Assembly (NCBI GenBank): GCA_012744445.1
Contig: JAAYBZ010000169.1
Coordinates: 24,946-88,945, forward strand
Source: Myxococcales bacterium
GTDB taxonomy: Bacteria; Myxococcota_A; Polyangia; Polyangiales; Houyiibacteriaceae
Direction: 5' to 3'
DNA length: 64,000 nucleotides
In this document: piece after piece, positions 1-9,220 of the stretch
How the letters are laid out: each line of letters starts with the position of its first letter
How positions within the stretch are numbered: the stretch's first letter is position 1
Position numbers and translations under genes: made by a program
Notes under the pieces: generated by a model
What the model was told of the DNA's origin: nothing
What the model saw: the letters and a program-made list of their open reading frames with translations, nothing else
Databases searched by the model: none

Positions 1-394
<394 letters not shown>

Positions 395-397
395 CGC

Positions 398-1090
398 TCA
401 GCCCTCTCCCGCGCTCTCGCGCGCACTCTCGAGCGCGGCCTCTTCGGCCTCGGCGATCGCGCTGTCGCTCAACATGCGGCGCTGGCCCTGTTGCACGGCG
501 AGCGAAGGCGAGACCTGGAGGTCCTTGCCGGCGAGGCGGCTCTCCCAGTCGACGCGCGCGAAGGGCTGGCCCTCCTCGATGCCGAAGGGCGGGAGCTTCT
601 CGATGCCCTCGACCTCGCGGTACTCCACGATGGGCTGCGCGCGATCGATCGGATAGTCCTTGCGAAGCGGGTGCCCCTCGAACTCTTCGTAGAGGAGGAT
701 GCGCCGAAGGTCGGGGTGCCCCTCGAAGCGGATGCCGAACATGTCGTAGCACTCGCGCTCGGCCCAGTTGGCGCCGGCGTAGATCGACGAGACCGAGGCG
801 AGCGGCTCGCCGTCGCGGAGGCGCGTCCGCACGCGGATCCGCGCGCGCTTCTCGATGGAGCGGAGGAAGATCAGCACGTCGAAGCGAGGCCCCTCGCGCT
901 CGGGGAAGTCGACCGCGGTGAGATCGCCGAAGTGGTTCATCGCCGTCTCGGAGTCGTCGCGGAGGAACGTCACGACCTCGACCCAGTCGGAGGGCGCGAC
1001 CACCACCTCGTCGTCGCCTCGAAACGCCGAGGTCTCGAGGATGCGCTCCCCGAAGACCTCTCGAAGCCGCTCAACGACCGCTTGGCTCAC
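398..1090 (-). CDS. nuoC: NADH-quinone oxidoreductase subunit C
   Basis: The C-terminal 230 aa of ORF 398..1540(-) carry NuoC/30-kDa signatures (VVAPSDWVEVVTFLRDD, ANWAERECYDMFGIRFEGHPDLRRILL). Start set to GTG 1090, which overlaps the nuoB stop (GTGA, 1087-1090). The upstream 150 ORF codons are Arg-rich read-through across nuoB in another frame. Confidence 0.9.
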   Translation of the reverse strand: MSQAVVERLREVFGERILETSAFRGDDEVVVAPSDWVEVVTFLRDDSETAMNHFGDLTAVDFPEREGPRFDVLIFLRSIEKRARIRVRTRLRDGEPLASVSSIYAGANWAERECYDMFGIRFEGHPDLRRILLYEEFEGHPLRKDYPIDRAQPIVEYREVEGIEKLPPFGIEEGQPFARVDWESRLAGKDLQVSPSLAVQQGQRRMLSDSAIAEAEEAALESARESAGEG

Positions 1091-1674
1091 TTTTTCTCCT
1101 CGGCTCCGACGGGCAGTCCTTGGCGCGAGGCGCGGAGCCTGGTGACCTCGGGCAGCTCCCGCGGCGGGACGACGCGCGGCTCGCGATCGCCGGTCTCGAT
1201 CTTCTTCATGAGGAGCATCAAGCCGTCGAGCACGGCCTCGGGCCGAGGCGGGCAGCCGGGGATGTAGACGTCCGTCGGGATGACCTTGTCGACGCCCGGG
1301 ATCGTCGCGTAGTTGTCGTAGAAGCCGCCGCAGCTCGCGCAGGTGCCGAACGCGATGACCCACTTGGGCTCGGCCATCTGCTCGTAGATGCGCTTGAGCA
1401 CCGGCCCCTGGCGCTGGCTGATGGTGCCGACGACCCAGAGCACGTCGCTCTGTCGGGGGCTGAAGCGCGGCGCCTCGGCGCCGAAGCGCGCGAGGTCGTA
1501 ACGCGGCGAGTTGGCGCCGAAGAACTCCATCGCGCAGCACGCCGTCGAGAACGGATACTGGAAAAGCGAGTAACGCCGGGCCCAGTCGAGCAGCGCACTC
1601 GCTTTCGTGGTGAAGAAGCCTTCGCCTCCTCGAGAGAGCCTCACTTCACCCACTCGAGCGCTCCTTTCTTCCAC
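1087..1674 (-). CDS. nuoB: NADH-quinone oxidoreductase subunit B
   Basis: Carries FSTACCAMEF, GTCASCGGFY and IPGCPPRPE, the Cys ligands of cluster N2 in the NuoB/Nqo6 family. Start is uncertain: ATG 1674 overlaps nuoA by 34 nt, while GTG 1644 would give a GTGA overlap with the nuoA stop. Confidence 0.9.
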   Translation of the reverse strand: MEERSARVGEVRLSRGGEGFFTTKASALLDWARRYSLFQYPFSTACCAMEFFGANSPRYDLARFGAEAPRFSPRQSDVLWVVGTISQRQGPVLKRIYEQMAEPKWVIAFGTCASCGGFYDNYATIPGVDKVIPTDVYIPGCPPRPEAVLDGLMLLMKKIETGDREPRVVPPRELPEVTRLRASRQGLPVGAEEKK

Positions 1675-2000
1675 GCATATGCGAGGGTCACGCCGAGGAC
1701 GACGAGGAAGGTGAGCATCTCGGCGAGGCCCAGCCAGCCGAGCTCACGGAACACGCTCGCCCACGGGTAGAGGAAGACCGCCTCCACGTCGAAGATCACG
1801 AAGAGGATCGCGGCGACGTAGAACTTCACGCTCGGCCGGACCCCCTGCGTACCCGTGCTGTCCGCGCCCGATTCGTAGGGCGTGAGCTTCTCGGGCGTGG
1901 GGTTCTTGGGCCCGAGGAAGGTCGCCGCCGACCACAGAACGAGGGCGACGACGATCGCCACGGCGACCATCAGGAATAGCGGCAAATAGGCGGAGAACAT
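1641..2000 (-). CDS. nuoA: NADH-quinone oxidoreductase subunit A
   Basis: 119-aa three-TM protein with YESGADSTG..FYVAAILFVIFDVEAVFLYPWA, a NuoA/ND3 signature. It is the first gene of the nuoA-B-C-D run. Confidence 0.9.
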   Translation of the reverse strand: MFSAYLPLFLMVAVAIVVALVLWSAATFLGPKNPTPEKLTPYESGADSTGTQGVRPSVKFYVAAILFVIFDVEAVFLYPWASVFRELGWLGLAEMLTFLVVLGVTLAYAWKKGALEWVK

Positions 2001-2033
2001 ACGTCCTCGGGACGGCTCCTCGGCGTTCGGAGC

Positions 2034-2062
2034 CTTCTAGCCCCTGGGGGCTTTGGTGTCAA
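2034..2062 (-). promoter_or_regulatory. candidate sigma-70-type promoter of the nuo operon
   Basis: The minus strand reads TTGACA (2062-2057), a 17-nt spacer, then TAGAAG (2039-2034), about 33 nt upstream of the nuoA ATG (2000) with GAGGA just before the ATG. The spacer contains the inverted repeat AGCCCC-TG-GGGGCT (2039-2052). Sequence match only. Confidence 0.4.
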
Positions 2063-2117
2063 TTGTGGTGACGCGGGCGGAATCGGGAGCGCGCTTCGGG
2101 GAGATGAGCGCCCTCGG

Positions 2118-2930
2118 ATGCGTATCCCACTTTGGATGCGACCTGCCCATATCGCGGCCGTGCTCTTCTCGCTGCTCGCCACCCCGGCGGGCGCAGGCGC
2201 GTACTCGCTGAAGACCACCACGGGCGGGGAGACGCTCCATTGGCGCACGCCCCGGGTGGAGATCTCGCTCCACGAATCGGTGGTCGCGCGCTTCGGCGAG
2301 GAGGCCGCGCGGACGGCCCTGCGCGAGGCGATCGCCGCCTGGTCGGAGGCCGACGTCGGCCCTTCCCTGCACCTCGGCCCCATCATCGACGTCCCTCCCG
2401 GCTTCGTCCGTGGGCGCGCGAGCAACGGGGTCTACTCGATCTCGCCGTGGCCGTACGAGAAGAAGCTCCTGGCCGTCACCATCTCGAGCTACGACACCCG
2501 GACGGGTGAGCTCCTCGACGCCGACATCCTGCTCAACGGCGACGAGCCGCTCGTCGTGGGGGCCAAGGACGACCACTACGACCTCACGGCCATCCTCACC
2601 CACGAGATCGGGCACGTCCTCGGGCTCGGCGAGGCCGAGGACGCGCCCACGTCCACCATGTACCCGCGCATCGCCAAGTCGGATCTGAGGGCTCGCACAC
2701 CGAGCGCGGACGATTTCGAGGGACTCCGGGCGATCTACGCCTCGCGGCCCGACGCCCACGTCGAAGAGACGCCCGCCTCGCGCTTCCGCGGGTTCGGCTC
2801 CTTCGCGTCCTTCTTCGCCGGGTGCTCGGTCCTCCTCGTCGGTGTGAGGCGCGCTCGCGCTAGTGGAAACGCGCGTCCTGTGCGATGGTCCGCGCGAGAT
2901 CCATGGGACGAAGTTCGACTGCACTCCTGA
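2118..2930 (+). CDS. secreted matrixin (M10)-like zinc metalloprotease
   Basis: Signal-like N-terminus (AAVLFSLLATPAGAGA). Zinc motif is HEIGHVLGLGE (HExxHxxGxx with Glu at the third-ligand position), followed by a Met-turn-like TSTMYP. The C-terminus has a hydrophobic stretch plus RRAR. The 3' end overlaps agcS by 46 nt. Confidence 0.75.
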   Translation: MRIPLWMRPAHIAAVLFSLLATPAGAGAYSLKTTTGGETLHWRTPRVEISLHESVVARFGEEAARTALREAIAAWSEADVGPSLHLGPIIDVPPGFVRGRASNGVYSISPWPYEKKLLAVTISSYDTRTGELLDADILLNGDEPLVVGAKDDHYDLTAILTHEIGHVLGLGEAEDAPTSTMYPRIAKSDLRARTPSADDFEGLRAIYASRPDAHVEETPASRFRGFGSFASFFAGCSVLLVGVRRARASGNARPVRWSARDPWDEVRLHS

Positions 2931-4429
2931 GCGCCGCCGCACTCGCCGCATCGCTGTTCTTCGCGCCGTCCGCGCTCGCCTCGGTCGACGATCAGACCGC
3001 CTCTGCGCTCGCTTCATTCGACGAAACCTTCGATCGATACGTCGTCCGCCCCTTCGCGAGTCTCATCTTCTTCGATCTCGTCTTCTGGGACGACCCGCAA
3101 TCGGGCGTTCAGATCCCCTTCATCCTCGCCTGGCTCTTCGGCGGTGCGCTCTTCTGCACCTTCCGATTCCGGTTCGTGAACTTCCGAGGATTCCGGCACG
3201 GCGTGGCCATTGCGCTCGGCCGGGTGCCGGAGCAAGGCGCGGAGGGCGAGGTCTCGCACTTCCAGGCGCTCTCCTCCGCGCTCTCGGCGACGGTCGGCCT
3301 CGGCAACATCGCGGGCGTCGCCGTGGCCGTGAACAAGGGCGGCCCCGGCGCCGTCTTCTGGATGGTCGTCGCCGGCTTCCTCGGGATGTCGGCCAAGTTC
3401 GCCGAGTGCACCCTCGCGGTGGCCTACCGCGAGAAGGACGACCACGGCCGCATCCTCGGCGGACCGATGCGCTACCTCGACGTCGGCCTCCGCGAGCGAG
3501 GCCTCCACCGGCTCGGCCGGCCGCTCGCCGTCCTCTTCGCGATCCTCTGCGTCGGCGGGAGCCTCGGCGGCGGCAACATGTTCCAGGCCAACCAGAGCTA
3601 CGCGCAGGCCGCGCACGTCCTGCCCTTCCTCGAGAGCGCCTGGGGAAAGATCGCCTTCGGCGTTGGCCTCTCGATCCTCGTCGGGCTCGTCATCGTCGGT
3701 GGCATGAAGCGCATCGGCAAGGTCGCCGGCGTCATCGTGCCCTTCATGTGCGCGACCTACGTCGTCGCCGGCGTCTGCATCCTCGTCGTGAACGCGCCCG
3801 CCGTACCCGCGGCGATCACCCTGATCCTGGAGCACGCCTTCACGCCAGAGGCCGGCTTCGGCGGCGCCCTCGGCGTGGCCCTCATCGGCATCCAGCGCGC
3901 GGCGTTCTCCAACGAGGCGGGCATCGGCTCGGCGGCGATCGCGCACTCGGCCGCCACTACCAAGGAGCCCATCCGCGAGGGCCTCGTCGCCCTCCTCGAG
4001 CCCTTCATCGACACCATCGTGATCTGCTCGATGACGGGCCTCGTGGTCGTGGTGACGGGCGCCTACCTCGGCGACGCGCCGAGCGGTGTGACGCTCACCT
4101 CCAACGCGTTCGCCACGGTGTTCGAGTGGTTCCCGACCGTGCTCGGGGTCGTCGTCCTCCTCTTCGCCTACAGCACGATGCTGAGCTGGAGCTACTACGG
4201 CGAGCGCTGCTTCACGTTCCTCTTCGGCGACGGAGTCGCGCCGCACGTCTACCGCGGCGCGTTCCTCGTCTTCGTCGTGGTCGGCGCGGTGCTCCCGCTC
4301 GACACGGTGATCAACTTCTCCGACCTGATGATGTTCAGCATGGCGATCCCGAACATGATCGGGCTCGTGCTGCTCTCGCCCAAGCTCTCCGAGATGCTCG
4401 AGCGCTACCTCGCCGCACGGCGGAAGTGA
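2885..4429 (+). CDS. agcS: alanine/glycine:cation symporter (AGCS family)
   Basis: Multi-TM 514-aa protein with GNIAGVAVAVNKGGPGAVFWMVVAGFLGMSAKFAECTLAVAYR and GGPMRYL, typical AGCS motifs. Start could instead be ATG 2903. Confidence 0.85.
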   Translation: MVRARSMGRSSTALLSAAALAASLFFAPSALASVDDQTASALASFDETFDRYVVRPFASLIFFDLVFWDDPQSGVQIPFILAWLFGGALFCTFRFRFVNFRGFRHGVAIALGRVPEQGAEGEVSHFQALSSALSATVGLGNIAGVAVAVNKGGPGAVFWMVVAGFLGMSAKFAECTLAVAYREKDDHGRILGGPMRYLDVGLRERGLHRLGRPLAVLFAILCVGGSLGGGNMFQANQSYAQAAHVLPFLESAWGKIAFGVGLSILVGLVIVGGMKRIGKVAGVIVPFMCATYVVAGVCILVVNAPAVPAAITLILEHAFTPEAGFGGALGVALIGIQRAAFSNEAGIGSAAIAHSAATTKEPIREGLVALLEPFIDTIVICSMTGLVVVVTGAYLGDAPSGVTLTSNAFATVFEWFPTVLGVVVLLFAYSTMLSWSYYGERCFTFLFGDGVAPHVYRGAFLVFVVVGAVLPLDTVINFSDLMMFSMAIPNMIGLVLLSPKLSEMLERYLAARRK

Positions 4430-5734
4430 TCACCCGCGGACGGCCGCCTCGATCTCGCTCACGCTCTTGGGGATGTGCGCGGTGAGGTTCTCGCAACCGT
4501 CGGGCGTGACGACCACGTCGTCCTCGATGCGCACGCCGATGCCGCGGAAGGCCGGATCGACGTCCGCGTTCTCGCCGACGTAGAGCCCGGGCTCGATGGT
4601 GATGACCATCCCCGGCTCGAGCGGCCGAGGCTTCTTCTCGACGTGGTAGGCCCCGACGTCGTGCACGTCCATGCCGAGGAAGTGGCTGGTGCGGTGCATG
4701 TAGAACTTGGAGTACGCGCCCTTCTCGAGGATCTCGGCGCGCTCGCCCTCGAGGAGGCCCATCTCGAGGAGCCCGTCGACGAGCACCTCCACGGCCGCGC
4801 GGTGCACGTCGTCGAGGGTGACGCCCGGCCGCGTGGCGGCGATGGCCGCCTCCTGCGCGCGGAGCACGGTCTCGTAGACGGCGCGCTGCGCGGGCGAGAA
4901 CTTGCCGTTCACCGGGAAGGTGCGCGTGACGTCGCTCGCGTAGTACTCGAGCTCGCAGCCGGCGTCGATGAGCACGAGGTCGCCGTCCTCCATGCGGCGG
5001 TCGTTGCGCCGGTGGTGGAGGATGGTCGCGTTGGGGCCGCTGCCCACGATCGTCTCGTAGGCCGGTCGCTCGGCCCCACGCATCCGGAAGATGCGGTTGA
5101 TCTCGGCCTCGAGCTCGTACTCGAAGCGCCCCGGCTCGGCGGCGCGCATCGCCGCGAGGTGGGCCTCCCCCGTGATCCGGCCCGCGCGCCGCATGATCTC
5201 GAGCTCCTCCTCGCTCTTGCGGAGGCGATGCTCGTGAAGGATCGCGTCGGTGTCGACGACCGCCCGCGGGGGCTCGACCTTCTTGCGCGCGCGTCCCCTC
5301 ACGACCTCGATCGCGTCGAGGACGAGCGCGTCGTACGCGCGGTGCTTGCCGAAGCCGAAGTAGAGCGCCTTGGCATCTTCGAGGAAGTCGGGGAGCGCCT
5401 CCTCGAAGGACTCGACGGGGCGTGCCTCGTCGACGCCGAGCGCCGCGGGCGCCGCCTCCACTCCGAGGCGCTTCCCGTCCCAGATCTCGCGCGTCTCGTC
5501 CTTGGGGCGGAGGAAGAGGATGGATCTGGGCGCATCCCCGCGCGCGTCGAGCACGAGCCAGGCCTCCGGCTCGTCGAAGCCCGTGAGGTAGAAGAAGTCG
5601 CTGTCCTGGCGGTAGGGATGCTCGACGTCCCGGTTCCGGGGGAAGACCGGCGCCGCCGGGAAGAGCGCGACGCCCTTCCCCATCTCGGCGAAGAATCGGG
5701 ACCTGCGGGCGGCGTGGGAGGCTCGAACCTTCAT
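4430..5734 (-). CDS. pepP: Xaa-Pro aminopeptidase (M24B)
   Basis: AMP_N-type N-domain (YRQDSDFFYLTGFDEPEAWLVL) and an M24 catalytic domain (DLVLIDAGCELEYYASDVTRTFP, HRTSHFLGMDVHDVG, ITIEPGLY, GIGVRIEDDVVVT). Confidence 0.9.
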   Translation of the reverse strand: MKVRASHAARRSRFFAEMGKGVALFPAAPVFPRNRDVEHPYRQDSDFFYLTGFDEPEAWLVLDARGDAPRSILFLRPKDETREIWDGKRLGVEAAPAALGVDEARPVESFEEALPDFLEDAKALYFGFGKHRAYDALVLDAIEVVRGRARKKVEPPRAVVDTDAILHEHRLRKSEEELEIMRRAGRITGEAHLAAMRAAEPGRFEYELEAEINRIFRMRGAERPAYETIVGSGPNATILHHRRNDRRMEDGDLVLIDAGCELEYYASDVTRTFPVNGKFSPAQRAVYETVLRAQEAAIAATRPGVTLDDVHRAAVEVLVDGLLEMGLLEGERAEILEKGAYSKFYMHRTSHFLGMDVHDVGAYHVEKKPRPLEPGMVITIEPGLYVGENADVDPAFRGIGVRIEDDVVVTPDGCENLTAHIPKSVSEIEAAVRG

Positions 5735-5773
5735 CTCGAGAGCTTAGCGCAAACTCGCGCGCCGCCCGCGACC

Positions 5774-7117
5774 CTACGCGCCCATCTCCTTCGTGAAGGC
5801 CTCGGCCGAGAGCAGCCCACCCCGCTCGGCCGCGGCGCGGAGCGGCTCCTCGAAGCGTGGGTTCCAGAGGAAGTCCTCGTCGTAGCGCTCGACGAAAGCC
5901 GGGTAGAGGCGCTCGGCCGCGAGGTGCGCGCGGAGGCGGGCTTCGGCGAAGCTCGGGCTCCGCATCGTGAGGATGGCCTCCCCACGCGAGAGCGCGATCC
6001 CGAGGTGGCTCGCCGCGAGGTCCCGGCACGCTTCGGCGCCGAGCCGACGACGCTCCGCGAGGGTCGCCACGGCGGCGAGCCGCTGCGAGAGGAGCCGCAT
6101 CGCCTCGCCCCGCGCGCGGAGGGGCTCGAACACGCGTCCACGCAGGCGCTCGTCGCGGCGCGCGTAGGCGGGCTCCACGACTGCACGCGCCGCAACGAGA
6201 CCGAGCGCCCGCCCCACGCTCCCCACGGTCGGGTAGCGGAGCGCCGGCGGGAGCGCCGGGCTCACGAGGGCCGCTGCGACGGCGCGGCCGAGGGCCTCGA
6301 CGAAGAAGAGCTCCGACGCGAGCCCCAGCTCGAGCGAGGGCACCACGAAGCGCACGTCGTCGGGCGCGCGGGGCACGAGCACACGCGGCCTCGGCCCGAG
6401 CGTGATGCGGCTCGAGACGGCGCGGACGCGCGACGGGAGCTCACGCGCGACGCTCGGAAAGAAGCCGGCCAGGCGACGAAGCCGCCCCTCCCGCGAGAAG
6501 ATCGCGTCCCCTTCGGGGCTCCGCAGCGCGCGCACCCAGCGCTCGGGTCGCACGGGCCGCGCCTCGATCCGGACGCGCTCACGCGCCTCCTGGAAGGCGT
6601 CCTCGGTGGCGGCGAGGAGGCGCTCCGCCTCCGCGGCGAGGTCGGCGTCGGTCGAGTCGGCGTGCGGTGGGTAGGCGCCGGCGTGCTCGTCGGCCTCGAA
6701 GCGGCGCTCGTCGAGCACGGGCGCGGCGAGCGTCACTGCGTCGTCCACGGCGGCGCGAGCGTCCTCGTCGTCTCGGACCGCGAGCGTCTCGAGCGCCTCC
6801 GCGAGCGTCATCCCTCGGAAGCGCCGCGCGCCCAGCGTCTCGAGCGAACGCCGCGCCCGCGCCAGGACCTGCTCGCGCCGGAGCCGCACGAGGTGCCATT
6901 CGTAGGCGCTCGCCTCTTCGGCGAGGAAGAGCCCTTGGCCGGCGAATTCGGCCCGAACCTCGGTGATCTCGTCCGAGTCGATCCAATCGTGTCGGGCGAG
7001 CACCTCCGCGGGCGAGAGCGCGTCGGGATCCCCGCGATGCCGCGCCACGGCCTCGCTCGCCTCCAGGGCGAGCACCTCCTCGAGCGCCCGCCTCAATCCG
7101 TCCGGATCCAACCGCAT
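5774..7117 (-). CDS. hypothetical protein (447 aa)
   Basis: Coding-looking part of ORF 5774..7699(-), starting at ATG 7117 (MRLDPDGLRRALEEV). The upstream ORF part runs antisense over proC. No family recognised. It lies 39 nt upstream of pepP on the same strand. Confidence 0.55.
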   Translation of the reverse strand: MRLDPDGLRRALEEVLALEASEAVARHRGDPDALSPAEVLARHDWIDSDEITEVRAEFAGQGLFLAEEASAYEWHLVRLRREQVLARARRSLETLGARRFRGMTLAEALETLAVRDDEDARAAVDDAVTLAAPVLDERRFEADEHAGAYPPHADSTDADLAAEAERLLAATEDAFQEARERVRIEARPVRPERWVRALRSPEGDAIFSREGRLRRLAGFFPSVARELPSRVRAVSSRITLGPRPRVLVPRAPDDVRFVVPSLELGLASELFFVEALGRAVAAALVSPALPPALRYPTVGSVGRALGLVAARAVVEPAYARRDERLRGRVFEPLRARGEAMRLLSQRLAAVATLAERRRLGAEACRDLAASHLGIALSRGEAILTMRSPSFAEARLRAHLAAERLYPAFVERYDEDFLWNPRFEEPLRAAAERGGLLSAEAFTKEMGA

Positions 7118-7178
7118 GGCGCAAAGCTTCCTCGCCCATGGCTGCGCTTCAAGGGCCGCGGCGTGGTACACCCCGCGC

Positions 7179-7997
7179 ATGTCGAGTCGAATCGCGTTCC
7201 TCGGCGGCGGCAACATGGCCGACGCCCTCCTCCAAGGCCTGCTCCAGAGCGGCGTCGCCGAAGCCTCCAGGGTGATCGTGGCCGAGCCCGTCGCCGCGCG
7301 GCGCGAGTACCTCGAGAAGAAACACGGCGTCTCCACCACGGGCGAGAACGAGGTCGCGGTTCGAGACGCCGACGTGCTGATCGTCGCCGTGAAGCCCCAG
7401 GTCATCGACGAGGCGCTCGCCTCCGTCCGCGGCGCGCTCCCGGCCTCGGCCCTCGTCGTCTCCATCGCGGCCGGCGTGAGCTGCGAGCGCATCGAGAGCA
7501 CGCTCCGTGGCTCGTCGTTCGGACGCTTGCCGCGCGTCGTGCGTACCATGCCCAACACCCCGGCGCTCGTCTCCGAGGGCGCGACCGGCATCTCGCGCGG
7601 CGCGGCCGCCACGGACGAGGACGTCGCCCTCGCGCGCCGCCTCTTCGAGAGCGTCGGCAAGGCCGTGGAGGTGCCCGAGCACCTCCTCGACGCGGTCACG
7701 GGCCTGAGCGGCTCCGGCCCCGCCTACGTCTTCCTCTTCATCGAGGCGCTCGCCGATGGCGGCGTCCGCAACGGCCTCCCGCGCGCCGCCGCGATCGAGC
7801 TCGCCGCGCAGACCGTGAAGGGCGCGGCCGAGATGGTGCTCACCACGGGCAAGCACCCGGGCGAGCTCAAGGACATGGTGACGAGCCCCGCCGGCACCAC
7901 CATCGCGGGCGTCTCGGCGCTCGAGCGCGGCGCGTTCCGCGGCACGGTCATCGACGCCGTCACCGCCGCGACCGAGCGCTCCAAGGCCCTCGGCTGA
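7179..7997 (+). CDS. proC: pyrroline-5-carboxylate reductase
   Basis: From ATG 7179: MSSRIAFLGGGNMADALLQGLL (NADP-binding GxGxM motif), RVVRTMPNTPALV, GLSGSGPAYVFLFIEALADGGV, MVTSPAGTTIAG. These are canonical ProC motifs. Confidence 0.92.
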   Translation: MSSRIAFLGGGNMADALLQGLLQSGVAEASRVIVAEPVAARREYLEKKHGVSTTGENEVAVRDADVLIVAVKPQVIDEALASVRGALPASALVVSIAAGVSCERIESTLRGSSFGRLPRVVRTMPNTPALVSEGATGISRGAAATDEDVALARRLFESVGKAVEVPEHLLDAVTGLSGSGPAYVFLFIEALADGGVRNGLPRAAAIELAAQTVKGAAEMVLTTGKHPGELKDMVTSPAGTTIAGVSALERGAFRGTVIDAVTAATERSKALG

Positions 7998-8660
7998 TCA
8001 GGCGCGCGGGCCGAAGATCGCCGTGCCGACGCGCACGTAGGTCGCGCCGGCCGCGATGGCCTCCTCGAGGTCGTCGCTCATCCCCATGGAGAGCTCGCGA
8101 AGGCCGAGGCGATCGCCTAGCGCCCGGAGCGCCTCGAAGTGCGGGCGAGGATCGCCCTCCGCCGGCGGGATCGTCATGAGCCCCGTGACCTCGAGGGAGG
8201 TCCCGCCGCGGATGGCGCGGACGAGCCCCTCGACCTCGTCGGGCGAGACGCCGCTCTTCTGCGCCTCGCCCGCCACGTTCACCTGGATCAGGAGCCTGGG
8301 CGGGTTCGCGCCCGCGCGCCGCTCGATCGCCTGGGCGAGCTCGAGCGAATCGACGGTGTGCACGAGCGACGCGCGCGGCGCGACGAGCTTCGCCTTGTTC
8401 TTCTGGAGGTGCCCGATGAAGTGGAAGCGGATCCCCTCGAGATCGGCGAGCGCGTCGGCCTTCTCGGCGAGCTCCTGCGCGTAGTTCTCGCCGAAGTCGC
8501 GCTGGCCTGCCTCGTAGGCCTCGCGAATGGCCTCGGGCGGGTGACGCTTGGAGACCGCGACGAGCGAGATCTCCGCCGGATCCCTCCCCGCCTCCTCGGC
8601 CGCGCGGGTGATGCGCGCGCGAACGTCGGCGAGCCTCGACGCGATGCCGCTCATGGCCAC
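7998..8660 (-). CDS. yggS: YggS-family pyridoxal-phosphate-binding protein
   Basis: SLVAVSKRHPPEAIREAYEAGQRDFGENYAQEL, IRFHFIGHLQKNKAK, LSMGMSDDLEEAIAAGATYVRVGTAIFG. This is the YggS/YBL036C fold-type III PLP family. Confidence 0.9.
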   Translation of the reverse strand: MAMSGIASRLADVRARITRAAEEAGRDPAEISLVAVSKRHPPEAIREAYEAGQRDFGENYAQELAEKADALADLEGIRFHFIGHLQKNKAKLVAPRASLVHTVDSLELAQAIERRAGANPPRLLIQVNVAGEAQKSGVSPDEVEGLVRAIRGGTSLEVTGLMTIPPAEGDPRPHFEALRALGDRLGLRELSMGMSDDLEEAIAAGATYVRVGTAIFGPRA

Positions 8661-9220
8661 GCTCCGATGGCGCCGTGCCGCTCGAGGAGGAGGATGACCG
8701 GCGCGAGCGGGAGGCCCACCACCGTGCCGTAGTCGCCCTCGATCGACTCGACGAGGCCGGCGCCCACGCCTTGGACACCGTAGGCGCCCGCCTTGTCACG
8801 GCCCTCGCCCGTCGCGACGTACCGCCGCACGGTGTCGGGGTCGAGCGGCCGAAAGCGCACCTTCGCCACGTGGACCTGGCTCTCGAGGATCTCGCCCGAC
8901 TTCGCGAGCGCCACGGCCGTGAAGACCTCGTGGACGCGCCCCGCGAGCCGACCGATCATCCGCTCGGCGTCGCGATCGTCCGCGGGCTTCTCGAGGAGCT
9001 CGCCCTCGACCACGACGACGGTGTCCGCGCCGAGGACGAAGCCCTCCATCCGCTCGCTCACCACGCGCGCCTTCTCCCGGGCGAGGCGCTCGGCGTGCTC
9101 GCGCGGCGTCGCGCCCTCGAGCCTCGACTCGTCGATCTCGGCCGGGTGCACGACGTGCGGGATGCCGACCTGCTCGAGGAGCGCGCGTCGCCGCGGCGAA
9201 GAAGAGGCCAGCACCAGCAT
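8651..9220 (-). CDS. maf: Maf-like nucleoside-triphosphate pyrophosphatase (septum formation protein Maf)
   Basis: MLVLASSSPRRRALLEQVGIP, GADTVVVVEGELLEKP, DKAGAYGVQG: Maf family motifs. Overlaps yggS by 10 nt and abuts the upstream gene with no gap. Confidence 0.9.
   Translation of the reverse strand: MLVLASSSPRRRALLEQVGIPHVVHPAEIDESRLEGATPREHAERLAREKARVVSERMEGFVLGADTVVVVEGELLEKPADDRDAERMIGRLAGRVHEVFTAVALAKSGEILESQVHVAKVRFRPLDPDTVRRYVATGEGRDKAGAYGVQGVGAGLVESIEGDYGTVVGLPLAPVILLLERHGAIGAWP

Noticed and set aside
5774-7117. Idea that the 447-aa hypothetical next to pepP is a catalytically dead M3-type oligopeptidase (ELFFVEALGRAV resembling the xxFHEFGHA zinc site).
   Set aside because: The by-eye alignment needs a register shift and has no other supporting motif. 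It is too weak to claim without a profile search.
7164-7179. Sigma-54-like match TGGTAC-N5-GCGCA upstream of proC.
   Set aside because: The -12 element overlaps the proC ATG (7179), so the transcript would start inside the gene. The -24 box also deviates (TGGTAC). Judged a chance match.
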